Positions 53,430 through 64,000 of a stretch of DNA of 64,000 nt are shown here, piece after piece. Position numbers and translations under genes: made by a program. Location: assembly GCA_951406725.2 (NCBI GenBank), contig OX597834.1:12586001-12650000 (forward strand). The letters are read 5' to 3'. Under the pieces are notes generated by a model. It was not told where the DNA came from. It made no database searches and saw only the letters and a list, made by a program, of their open reading frames with translations. This DNA comes from Octopus vulgaris (Eukaryota). The number at the start of each line of letters is the position of its first letter. Position 1 is the stretch's first letter.

Positions 53430-54367
53430 CTATACTACCCAGCCAAAGAGCAACTAATGAATTGGCTGATAAACTTACTCATGAACTTCTTCAGGATTTA
53501 ACAGATACATCAGAATTGACTTTTCGATCAATTCACAACAGTCAGTCATGGTTAAGTTGTTCAATAAGCTGCCGGACGAGATAGTGAAGATGCCGACGAC
53601 CGCTCGGTTCAAAGTCTCTCTTGACCAGAAATGGCCTGAACTCTTTACATGAACACCCTCCTTGTACATAACTCCATGTCCCCCTACATGGCCTTGATTT
53701 TTGCTTTTGGAGCCAAAAAATTAACTTTAAAATATTCTGTTGAATTTCTGAACACATTGAAACCCACTGGGATGCCACCGAATAACTTGACACTAAAATT
53801 GGGTGCTCCCATTATGTTGTTTAGGAATCCTGACCCACCTCCCCTGTGTAACGGAACTCCCTTGTTATTTTCATGAAGTTCCATCTCCTACAGGCGAACA
53901 GTCATAACAGGTAGTCACAAAGGAAACAATGCCTTTATTCAAAAAATTCCTCTCATACCTACTTATGTTTCATTTGAATTTAAGACGCGTCAATTTCCAG
54001 TCAAACTAAGCTTTGGTATTTCAATTAAGCAATATCAGGTCAATCCCACGAGGTAGTTTCACTTGATCTTTCTACTACACGCTTCTCCCACGGCCCAATC
54101 TATTTTGGTTGCTCACAAGTTGGAAACACCAACAAATTTATTCATTTCGACAACAAAAAATTACACAGTGAATATTGTTTACCCTGAGGTGCTTCAATAT
54201 TGACATCTTTTCAGTTAGAAATTCTATTATCATTACAATTTGGATGATTTTTTAAAAATAAAATATAAATATTTTGAAATACTTATGAGAATATATTTTT
54301 ATATTTATTGTTTACTAAAGTTAATAAGAGCAGCATTTACCCGGTCAACGCGGGGTCATTCAGCTAC
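53430..54367 (+). pseudogene. Decayed autonomous Helitron: PIF1-like helicase C-terminus and 3' terminus
   Basis: ATNELADKLTHELL..TFRSI, EFLNTLKPTGMPPNNLTLKLGAPIMLFRN..LCNGT, IPLIP..FEFKTRQFPVKLSFGISI, FSHGPIYFGCSQVG, NIVYPEVL; ends with ACCCGGTCAACGCGGGGT hairpin then CTAC (mutated CTAG). Confidence 0.88.
53549..53726 (+). mobile_element. CR1 3' fragment inserted in the Helitron helicase
   Basis: NKLPDEIVKMPTTARFKVSLDQKWPELFT* and 3' UTR matching about 2860-3020. Confidence 0.85.
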
Positions 54368-55724
54368 TCATCTATAAATATAAAAAGAGAATGTGTGTGT
54401 GTATGTGTGCATTTTGTGTGTACGTGTGTGTTTGTTCGTATGTCTCTGTGTGTATGCGTACCTGCGTATGTTCCTTATGCATTCGAGAACTGAGTTGCAG
54501 ATTTTGACGTAGGTGGTATCAAAATATTCAGTAATCTTTCGGCTACCAAATAAACTATATATCCATTTATATGTATTCCAATATATGTATTCCACTATAT
54601 ATTCCTTTATATGTATTATCTCAACGATTAGCTATAGTTATTTAAAAGACTCTGCTCTACAACGACCAGTTTTCATGAAAAAGTGCAAATAGTTACATTT
54701 TCAATTTGAACTAAAATTTAAGAGTGTTGCATTACAGAGTGATTGTGTGTAAATAATGGAAGTAAGTTTTCTCCGAATTAGTCACAATTGTATTATATTA
54801 AAGAAAACTGCTTATCATCTGTATAAATATAAATTTCTGTCTCTCTATCTGTCTGTTCCCTATGCATTCTCAAACGGCTCGACAAATGAAATAGAATTTT
54901 ACAAGGCGATAGCGTCAGAACCCATAAGTGCCAACATGTAGTTTGTTTTCCATAGCGATTAAAACAACATAACATTGGCACTGGTTCGGTAATAGTGTCA
55001 AAAGTGAAAGAATAAGATCTAAATTGTAATGTGAAAAAAATAACGTTTCACTTTTGTTCTTTCACTTTTAATTCTAATGTGATAACACAAAGATCATCTT
55101 ATGTCTATTATATTTGAAATAAATAAATAATTTATATCTTAATGTGAACAACATTACGCATCGACAACTTTCTGTTTTCACGGACACCACAGCGGAATGG
55201 TGTGTTAGTGTATGTGTGTTGATTGACATAACGAACGACTAGAGGTGAAACTGTTGACATAAAACAATGGGGTTGGAAGCCCAAGGTGTATAAAGTTACA
55301 CGTTTACCGTTCAATTACCAGTTAATAATTATCGCAGCAGTTCAAAGGCTGCAATGTATTTACAATTACATATTTACCTTGAAGTTAACATTTAAAGCAT
55401 GTGCGTAATGTGTGTGTGTGTGTAAAGACATTTATCTATTATAATTATAGTGGCATTTACCGTTAAATGATCGGTTCATACATGTGCTTCTATTTAGCTA
55501 GTTTGCTTCTATCTGGTTAATTTACACTTCATACAATAAAAAACCCAGAGAACATACATACAACTGCTTACATTAATAGAGATTAATGCATGATTTCTTT
55601 TCTGTGTTCATAAATTTTTGTTTACAGTACTGAAAAAATATACCACCAAAGAAAATACGTTATCTCTCCAGAAACAAGTATAAATCAATGAGCCTTGTAG
55701 AAAACCAAAGGGGAGAATCTCAAA

Positions 55725-56420
55725 AGAGACGGCAACAAACGTATGCTGCAGAATGTCGAATAGAGTCTCAATACCGAAAGGAGATGAGACTTTCCCAAGA
55801 CCAGCAAATGCATGCTGCAACAAGTTAAATGGAGTCTCAAGAGAGAAAGGAAATGAGACTTACACAAGATCAGGAAAGGTATGGTACAGCACTTAATGCT
55901 GAATCATTAAAATGTTGTTTTAATGATTAGACAGAGGTCCAAATGAATAGCCCTCGGAAACAGAACTCATACGAATTCGTTCTTCACAACTCCTGGAGCT
56001 GCTTTAAGATGTGATCCATCCCATTCTTATAGAAGTGAAACTTTTGTCCCAATCGGTGTGCAAAACTGAAATTATCGTTTCTGTAAATCTTTAAAATTTG
56101 CAAAGGAAACTAATAGCATAGGCTGCTCAGGTGGTAGGGTAAGAGTGCCAGCAATACCAGCTCCTCGCCAACTTCTTATGGATCTTCTGGAAGGCTCTTA
56201 CATCCAGTCAAAGGATTTTCTGAACAATATTAGACAATACAACTCTGTATTTGAAATGATATGGTTTGTTGCATTTAAGGAGATAGCTCAACATGGATTT
56301 ATGCCGACGTTCAAAGTTCAAGGACAAGTCTATGACCTCATTGTTTCCCAGCGACCCACTAATGAACAACTAAAGTTCCTCCAAATTTATTTTATGAGTG
56401 ATGTAGGACAAGAAACCTGA
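55725..56420 (+). pseudogene. Decayed Helitron RepHel N-terminal region
   Basis: 69-bp (23-aa) ESQ.RKEMRL.QDQ repeats (STPR-like), then FCKSLKFAKETNSIGCSGGRV..LL..FLNNIRQYNSVFEM..GFMPTFKVQGQVY..KFLQIYF, the conserved pre-Rep region of Helitrons. Confidence 0.85.
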
Positions 56421-56667
56421 ACGAGGTGTTAAAAATCTCAGACGATGGGTCGGGTTAGATGCAGCATCGACTGCCGCAATGAACAGTATGTCCACTGACA
56501 GCTTCTCGATGCGTTAAAAAAAATCGCATATCTTCCATCCCCAATTTTGTATGGTGCAGTTTCAGTCCGTGGAATATTGAAATTATACCCATCTTGTTCA
56601 TTCCACAGAATAAGAAGATGCTGGAGAGCATAAGACGGATGAGTGCCTGATTCAAGTTCAAGGTTTA

Positions 56668-56900
56668 AGGTGGCGAGCTGGCTGAAACGTTAGCGCGCCG
56701 GGCGAAATGCGTAGCCGTATTTCGTCTGCCGTTACGTTCTGAGTTCAAATTCCGCCGAGGTAGACTTTGCCTTTCATCCTTTCGGGGTCGATAAATTAAG
56801 TACCAGTTACGCACTGGGGTCGATATAATCGACTTAATCCGTTTGTCTGTCCTTGTTTGTCCCCTCTTTATTTAGCCCCTTGTGGGTAGTAAAGAAATAG
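56668..56900 (+). mobile_element. SINE B, head plus one unit
   Basis: Family B consensus. Confidence 0.88.
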
Positions 56901-57724
56901 ATACAAGTTCAAAGTTGTTATCGCTACCACGAATGAGAATATCACGATTTTCTTGACTACTTTATTAGATGTAGGTTCATTAAAACGGCGTAAAATATCA
57001 TTTACTACAGACGAAACGAACGCGGAAACACACACACATTGGCAGACGCATAAACTCTCATAGAATTGATAATATTGAAAACAAGAAAACGTACACACAC
57101 AATATTGAAGTGAAACGAAATGCAGTTAAGATGCGGAAAACATACTTTCTATAGCATAGTTATGCTATAAATTTTTTGTGGAGGGGGAGAATATTCCAGC
57201 GTGTGAAATTAACCAATTTAGCAAAAATTTCTATGAGTCACCAATATAACAAAGAACAGAAAGTCAAATTTCATTTGGAACATGTACTAAATGTGATAAA
57301 ATTCAGGATTGAATATCACAGTGAAGAAAGCCAAACTCCAAGAAAATTCAGAAAATTCAGAAGGCATAATTCAATTTTTCATACCAAAATGATATATTAA
57401 TTTACAATTTTTAAATGGACGCTGAACGAAGTGTGTACAAAGAAAGATGTTGCTGTTGTGAGTGTTAATTAATTTAGAACATTTGCCGAAGGATGTATAT
57501 ACCTAGATATGAATTAATTTGTCATCACTTGCTCTGTATTTTAACCGTGTAATGTTACTGACTGTAGAATAAATAGTTACTAAAGCAGTAAAAAAGGTTG
57601 CGAGGCGTTGAATACTCAGACTGATAAAGAAGCATAGCAGGAATAAGGTAAGGGTGTTAGGACTTTTAAAACGGTATTATCCTGAAACTGGTAATAGGGA
57701 ATTGAATAATATTTCTGTAATTAT

Positions 57725-58125
57725 ATTACTTTCTACTATAGGCACAAGGCCCAAAATTTTGGGGGAGGAAGCCAGTCGATTAGATCGACCCCAGTACGTA
57801 ACTGGTACTTAATTTATCGACCCCGAAACGATGAAAGGCAAAGTCGACCTCGGCAGAATTTGAACTCAGAACGTAGCGGCTGACGAAATACCTATTTCTT
57901 TACTACCCACAAGGGGCTAAACACAGAGAGGACAAACAAGGACAGACAAACGGATTCAGTCGATTATATCGACCCCAGTGCGTAACTGGTACTTATTTAA
58001 TCGATCCCGAAAGGATGAAAAGCACAGTCGATCTCGGCGGAATTTGAACTCAGAACATAAAGACAGACGAAATACTGCTAAGCATTTCGCCCGGCGTGCT
58101 AACGTTTCTGCCACCACGCCGCCTT
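57725..58125 (-). mobile_element. SINE B, head plus two units
   Basis: Family B consensus; the last unit carries the alternative CCCCCAAAATTTTGGGCCTTGTGCCTA tail. Confidence 0.88.
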
Positions 58126-58344
58126 ATTGAAAGAGCCGCTATGACTTTCTACTTAGCCAAGTAGCATTTTCTCTTCAGCTATATTTGAGAGCGTTGTGAG
58201 TGCTGGGAAATCAGTCGAATCTTAGTTTTCTTTATAAAAACCAGAATAATATTTCAGCACATAAGTAATGATAATCGTTAATGCTGTTTAAACCGCAACT
58301 CTACACGATTAAAGGCAAAATCCAAAGTGTAGTACTTCGAAGAG

Positions 58345-58726
58345 TGGAAGCACTCCGTCGGTTCCGACGAAGACGGTTCCGGTTGATCCGATCAACGGAA
58401 CAGCCTGCTCGTGAAATTAACGTGTAAGTGGCTGAGCACTCCACAGACACGTATACCCTTAACGTAGTTCTCGGGGATATTCAGCGTGACACAGAGAGTG
58501 ACAAGGCCGGCCCTTTGAAAAACAGGTACAACAGAAACAGGAAGTAAGAGTGAGAGAATGTTGTGGTGAAAGAGTACAGCAGGGATCACCTCAATCCCTG
58601 CCGGAGCCTCGTGGAGCTTTAGGTGTTTTCGCTCAATAAACACTCACAACGCCCGGTCTGGGAATCGAAACCGCGATCCTACGACCGCGAGTCCGCTGCC
58701 ATAACCACTGGGTCATTGCGCCTCCA
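58345..58726 (-). mobile_element. SINE C, full length with probable target-site duplication
   Basis: Reverse complement of 63424-63804; flanked by ACTTCGAAGAG and ACTTCAAAGAG. Confidence 0.9.
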
Positions 58727-59252
58727 CACTTCAAAGAGTAATACTTCAAAGTCAACGCTGTTGTTCGTTTAACGTCTAGGCCGCAACTAAACAAAACTCT
58801 TTCAGATCGGCGCCTTTCAGTGTTGGACGGTATAGTCTCATACCTTCTCTCTCTCTATCTCCCGCTATCCCTCTGTTTACAACTTCTATAGAAACTTAGT
58901 TTTTTTCTGTTTCTTTCTCTCTTCTCTCCGTCTTTTTCTAATTCCGTGTTTCTAATTCCACGTTTCTAGAACACGGAATAGTGAAAAGGCCATACTGTTA
59001 AAATTATGATCTCACGCATATTCTAGACAGATCATAATGTTAAAATTTTGTAATGCAGATATGTAAATGAAATAAAGTTTAATTGGTAGCCGAAAAAATA
59101 TTGAATCTTTGGATACCCCATGCATCAAAATTAGCATCCCAGTTTTCGAATGCATAAGGAACATACGACCGCACACGCGCGCTCACACATAAACATTCTC
59201 TCATTCCTTCCTTTCTACCTACCTACCTACCTACCTACCTACCTACATACAC

Positions 59253-59291
<39 letters not shown>

Positions 59292-60079
59292 TACATACAT
59301 ACATACATGTATATAAGACTCAGAAACCGGCATGTCTCTAGATGCAGGGCTAGCTGATGGGGGTGCTTGTCTCCCCTTCGTAAATATAAGGACACAGGAA
59401 ATGTGTCAAAGCCGGCACGAAGCGTCGATACTTCCTAGGGCTAAATAGCGGTGGTGTGATTCCCTTTACGGGACTGTCACGTTAAGTTGACAGTATACCA
59501 CCGCTCTATCGTTCCACCACTGCTCATATGTCTCTGAGATATTTAAAAATTTAATATTTCTAAAACATATATATATGCCCCAGCATGGCAGCATGGCCCA
59601 GCATGCCCAGCATGGCCATGCTGGGCCATGCTGAAACTGGAAAAATCAATCAAATCAAAATCATATATATATATATATATATATATATACCGGAGTAAAC
59701 ACATAAATGTGAAACAAGGAATGTGAAACGGGAACGTGAAACTCAGAGTAACAGTTTCTGTTGAATTTTCTGCTGCTTTTAAATAAAGTATATATATATA
59801 TAGTCAGATGAAATAAAATTCCTGCTTTACAGACAAAAAAAACTTATCAAATTGTTCAAACTTTAAATTTTCCTAAAAAATGTGTTGAGTTGCTGAACAA
59901 AAGTGAGAAACTAGAATCGAAAACTTAAAACATTTGGAGTTGTTACACTTTTTGAAAAAAAGTAAAAGTTTTAATAATAAACCCCCCTCTTCTATTCCTC
60001 CTCTCTCTTTTCCATTTCTCTCCTCGATACCATTTTTCAATTCTTTCTGTTCCTTTGGGCCATCATACTTTTTCTTCTT

Positions 60080-60124
<45 letters not shown>

Positions 60125-60448
60125 ACGCTCTGCTTCTTTTCCTTTTCTCTCTTGTCTCGCTTTTTCTTTTCTTTTCTTCATTTCGTTTTTCACCTCCTTC
60201 CATCATTCTTCTTTGCATAGTTCATTATCCTTCTTTCTCGACCTAAATTTCATGTCCCTCCCTTCTTTTTATCTTCTCTCCTCAATCATTCCATTATAAG
60301 CTTTCATTCGTCCTTAACCCCTATTAAATTCTTCTACTTGTGCCTCTAAAAGAAACAATATAGTTAATCTGAAATCTCCCCCTTTAAAAATAAGATTCGA
60401 TTTCTAATGAGATGAGCTTTTCAGAATTGCAACAAAATGCAAATTAAC

Positions 60449-60479
<31 letters not shown>

Positions 60480-60609
60480 CAGAGTGTCCCCAAAAAATGT
60501 ATACACGTAGTGGTTCGGCAAAAGAGAACGATTGACTAAGTACTAGGCTTACAAAGAATAACAAATTTACAATTATTTAAGGTGTGTATACATTTTTTGG
60601 GACGCCCTG
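60480..60609. mobile_element. Tc1/mariner-type MITE
   Basis: TIRs CAGAGTGTCCCCAAAAAATGTATACAC / GTGTATACATTTTTTGGGACGCCCTG, TA on both sides within (TA)n. Confidence 0.8.
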
Positions 60610-61797
60610 TATATATATATATATATATATATACATATATATATCCGATTTTAGTTTCTAAATTTTGAAGGCTGAACCGTGTATAAAACAACACAGTATT
60701 TTTTAGGAAAAATTAGTTTTTTTGAACACTTTTTTCTGGAAAACACGATATATTTTTCATTTAAATTTTTGTTTTTTAAGATATATAATTTATTATTTAC
60801 ATTATCGTTGAAATACCTTTGCCATCGTTAGTCCAATTTATACTTCACCTCCAAACAATGTTGAAGTGACTGTTGGCTTTTAATTGGGAAAGTCCAACCA
60901 CTAATTTCTAAATTTTATTTTATAATCAATTATCATTTAGGCCTGGTATTTCATTTCAATTAATTTTTTTTCAAAAAAACAAAGCAAAAATATTCATCAT
61001 TTTGGAATGAAAATTAGAATTATAAGAAGTGATTTTAGTATCACTAATAGTATTTCCTTTGCCAGTCTAATTTTTTACGATTCATTATTGTTTGTATTGT
61101 ATACATTACAACATTTCTTAATTTGAAATTTGTGCCAAAAGTATTTTGCTTTTTTTGCTGCATCGTATAGTACATTCCTTTAACTTTAGTATAATATGCA
61201 CGTGTTAAGGTTATTGCTGTATATATTCTACAGAAATTATCACCAACACTTATTTTTGTTGCTACGTCTCGTATACGAGATTTCAGATGTAAACAAAAAA
61301 TAAAATGGAGGATGGGAATGGGCGAATATGGCGTTCATCGGGGTGTGGGACTTGCCCCTTCAGCACCCATCTAGCCAATTAATCATCTGGGAACACATTG
61401 CTTGAATAACCACTGTAGCGGTATGTAGTTATTCGATATACCAATTTAAATATCAAACGCATTCCTGGGAGCTGGTATGGAAATACTAACGAATTGTAGG
61501 CCCGCGGTATTCCGTTATGCAACCATAATAGAATAAGTTATGGTTGCATAAGGAAATAACACGTACGTACAAGTCATTAATATACATGTGTTACAGTTCG
61601 CTATTTTGTACATAAAACATATCTGCTTATTTAGCACCAGACCATTCCTGAGCTAGCAGACTTATGATGAAAGATGTCTAAGCTTGACCAGCGATACACT
61701 ATTTCTGATACAGTACGTCTAGAAAGACATCATCAAACGCCTGTTTTCTAAGAGACAGTAGGAAGGGATTTGAGGGAAATGTGACTGGTATTTCTAA

Positions 61798-62405
61798 GGC
61801 GGCGATGTGGCAGAAACGTTAGCACCCCGTGCGAAATGCTTAGCCGTATTTCATCTGCCGTTACGTTCTGAGTTCAAATTCCGCCTAGGTCAACTTTGCG
61901 TTTCATCCTTTCGGGGTTGATAAATTAAGTAGCAGTTACGCACTGGGGTCGATATAATCGACTTAATCCGTTTGTCTGTCCTTGTTTATCCATTGTGTGT
62001 TTAGCCCCTTGTGGGTAGTAAAGAAATAGGTATCTATTCTGCCGTTAAGTTCTGAGTTCAAATTTCACCGTGGTCGACTTTGCCTTTCATCCTTTCGGGG
62101 TCGATTAAATGAGTAGCAGTTACGCACTGGGGTCGATATAATCGACTTAATACGTTCGTCTGTCCTTGTTTGTCCCTTCTGTGTTTAGCCCCTTGTGGGT
62201 AGTAAAGAAATAGGTATTTCTTCTGCCGCTACGTTCTGAGTTCAAATTCCACCGAGGTCGACTTTGCCTTCCTTCCTTCCGGGGTCGATTAAATAAGTAC
62301 CAGTTACGCACTGGGGGCGATATAATCAACTTAATACGTTTGTCTGTCCTTGTTTGTCCCTTCTGTGTTTAGCCCCTTGTGGGCAATAAAGAAATAGGTA
62401 TTTCT
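61798..62405 (+). mobile_element. SINE B with three tandem 184-bp units
   Basis: GTTCTGAGTTCAAATT recurs at 61865, 62049 and 62233. Confidence 0.9.
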
Positions 62406-62962
62406 AACGAGCCGAGTGACCATGTTGTATCGCATATTAACATCTGTACCTCATTCTGTCTACACTATTCAGGTTACTTTTCAGCGCAGTCAAAAGAGAA
62501 AAAAAACAAAGTAATGAATTGATGAGAATTGGAACATGGTGTTAATTAAACTTGAGCTGGTGATGATCATCGGGAAGAAAAGGCATGGACTTGTGTTGCA
62601 GTTTAAATTCTCTAGTTTTGGTAGATTGAGAGGAATAGTTAGAGCAGAGAAGAAAGGACTGATAGTAGAGCAGGTTCGGGAGACAGAAGAGGAAATGTAA
62701 GAGAGTTAGAAAGGAAGTTACAGCAGTAGGAGGCGGAAGAGTATAAGAGGGAAACGCAACCGAAAAGACAGAGAAAGAGAGAGAATGAGAGAAATAGTCA
62801 TACCGAAAGACAGACAGACAGATATATATAGAGTGATGGGAGGAGTAATGGAAAAACAGGAAGTTTGACAGAGAATTGAGAGAAAAGTAAGGAGAAGAGA
62901 GTAAGCAAACAAATAAATAGGAAGAGTACTTGACCAATATATATATATATATATATATATAT

Positions 62963-63375
62963 AGGAGCAGGAGTGGCTGTACGGTAAGTATCTTGCTTAC
63001 CAACAACATGGTTCCACGTTCAGTACCATTGCGTGACAAATTGGGCAAGTGTATTCTGCTATAGCCTCGGGTCGTCGAAGGACTTGTGAGAGGATTTCGT
63101 AGACGGAAACAGAAAAAAGCCCGTCGTATATATATGTGTGTATGTATGTATGTATATGTGTGTATATATGTTTGTGTGTATGTGTTTGTGTGTCTATACA
63201 CCGAGATCGCTTGAAATCGCTGCTGGTGTGTTTACGTCCCTGTAAAGCAGGGGTTCGGCAAAAGAGACTGAGAGAATAAGTACTAGGCTTACAAACAGTA
63301 AGTTAGATTTGCTCGACAAAAGTTGGTGCTCCAGCATGGCCGCAGTCAAGTGACTGAAACAAGTAAAGGAATAAA
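62963..63375 (+). mobile_element. SINE A, diverged
   Basis: Head through tail recognisable. Confidence 0.85.
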
Positions 63376-63376
63376 A

Positions 63377-63423
<47 letters not shown>

Positions 63424-63424
<1 letters not shown>

Positions 63425-63804
63425 GAGGCGCAATGGCCCAGTGGTTAGGGCAGCGGACTCGCGGTCGTAGGATCGCGGTTTCGATTCCCAGACCGGGCGT
63501 TGTGAGTGTTTACTGAGTGAAAACACCTAAAGCTCCACGAGGCTCCGACAGGGATGGTGGTGATCCCTGCTGCACTCTTTCACCACACATTTCTCTCACT
63601 CTTACTTCCTGTTTCTGTTGTACCTGTATTTCAAAGGGCCGGCCTTGTCACTCTCTGTGTCACGCTGAATATCCCCGAGAACTGCGTTAAGGATACACGT
63701 GTCTGTGGAGTGCTCAGCCACTTACACGTTAATTTCACGAGCAGGCTGTTCCGTTGATTGGATCAACCGGAACCCTCGTCGTCGTAACCGACGGAATGCT
63801 TCCA
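63424..63804 (+). mobile_element. SINE C, full length
   Basis: GGAGGCGCAATGGCCCAGTGGTTAGGGCAGCGGACTCGCGGTCGTAGGATCGCGGTTTCGATTCCC tRNA-like head. Confidence 0.9.
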
Positions 63805-63819
63805 TACATACATATATAT

Positions 63820-64000
63820 ATATGTGTGTGTGTCTTTGTGTGTGTATGTGTGTGTTTGAGAACCGATGCTGGTATGTCTAGTTCCCCGTAAGCTAGCGGT
63901 TCGGCAAAGGACACCGATAGAGTAAGTACTAGGCTTAGAAGGAATAAGCCGTCGGGTCAATTGTTTCGACTAAAGGCGGTGCTCCAGCATACCCGCAGTC
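63820..64000 (+). mobile_element. SINE A 3' half (runs off the window)
   Basis: AACCGATGCTGG...GCGGTTCGGCAAA...GGCGGTGCTCCAGCAT. Confidence 0.8.

Noticed and set aside
59873-60299. K/E/R-rich and F/S/L-rich ORFs (also 62542-63201)
   Set aside because: Polypyrimidine/polypurine low-complexity tracts with (CT)n.
63424-63497. tRNA-Arg-like sequence (and the other SINE heads)
   Set aside because: A/B boxes are present but there is no proper acceptor stem, and it continues into a SINE body; not a tRNA gene.

Overview
AT-rich eukaryotic non-coding DNA with no recognisable host protein-coding exon and no true RNA gene. The SINE families and dense (TA)n/(CA)n/(TACA)n arrays resemble Octopus (coleoid cephalopod) DNA; this is recognition from memory, not a database result. 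Almost all supplied ORFs are microsatellite or SINE read-throughs. Transposon content: about 20 copies of tRNA-derived SINE A, about 10 of SINE B (with 184-bp internal tandem units), six tRNA-Arg-like SINE C/C2 copies, three non-autonomous Helitrons, a decayed autonomous Helitron (helicase end placed upstream of the Rep start), 3' fragments of CR1, RTE and R4/Dong LINEs, a decayed Penelope-like GIY-YIG endonuclease and a Tc1/mariner-type MITE. The most interesting signal is a set of at least four short (about 100-260 bp) element families sitting in (TA)n tracts that carry minimal type I hammerhead-ribozyme motifs of the Penelope-like kind. Three cluster within 1 kb at 14975-15951, and one family has a recurrent non-canonical CUGUNGA core. 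Other notable structures are a gapless 100-bp inverted repeat, two pre-miRNA-like hairpins, a twin-priming-like inverted SINE and several nested insertions. Family labels A/B/C/D/E and HH-A to HH-D are my own. Coordinates were read by eye and may be off by a few bases.
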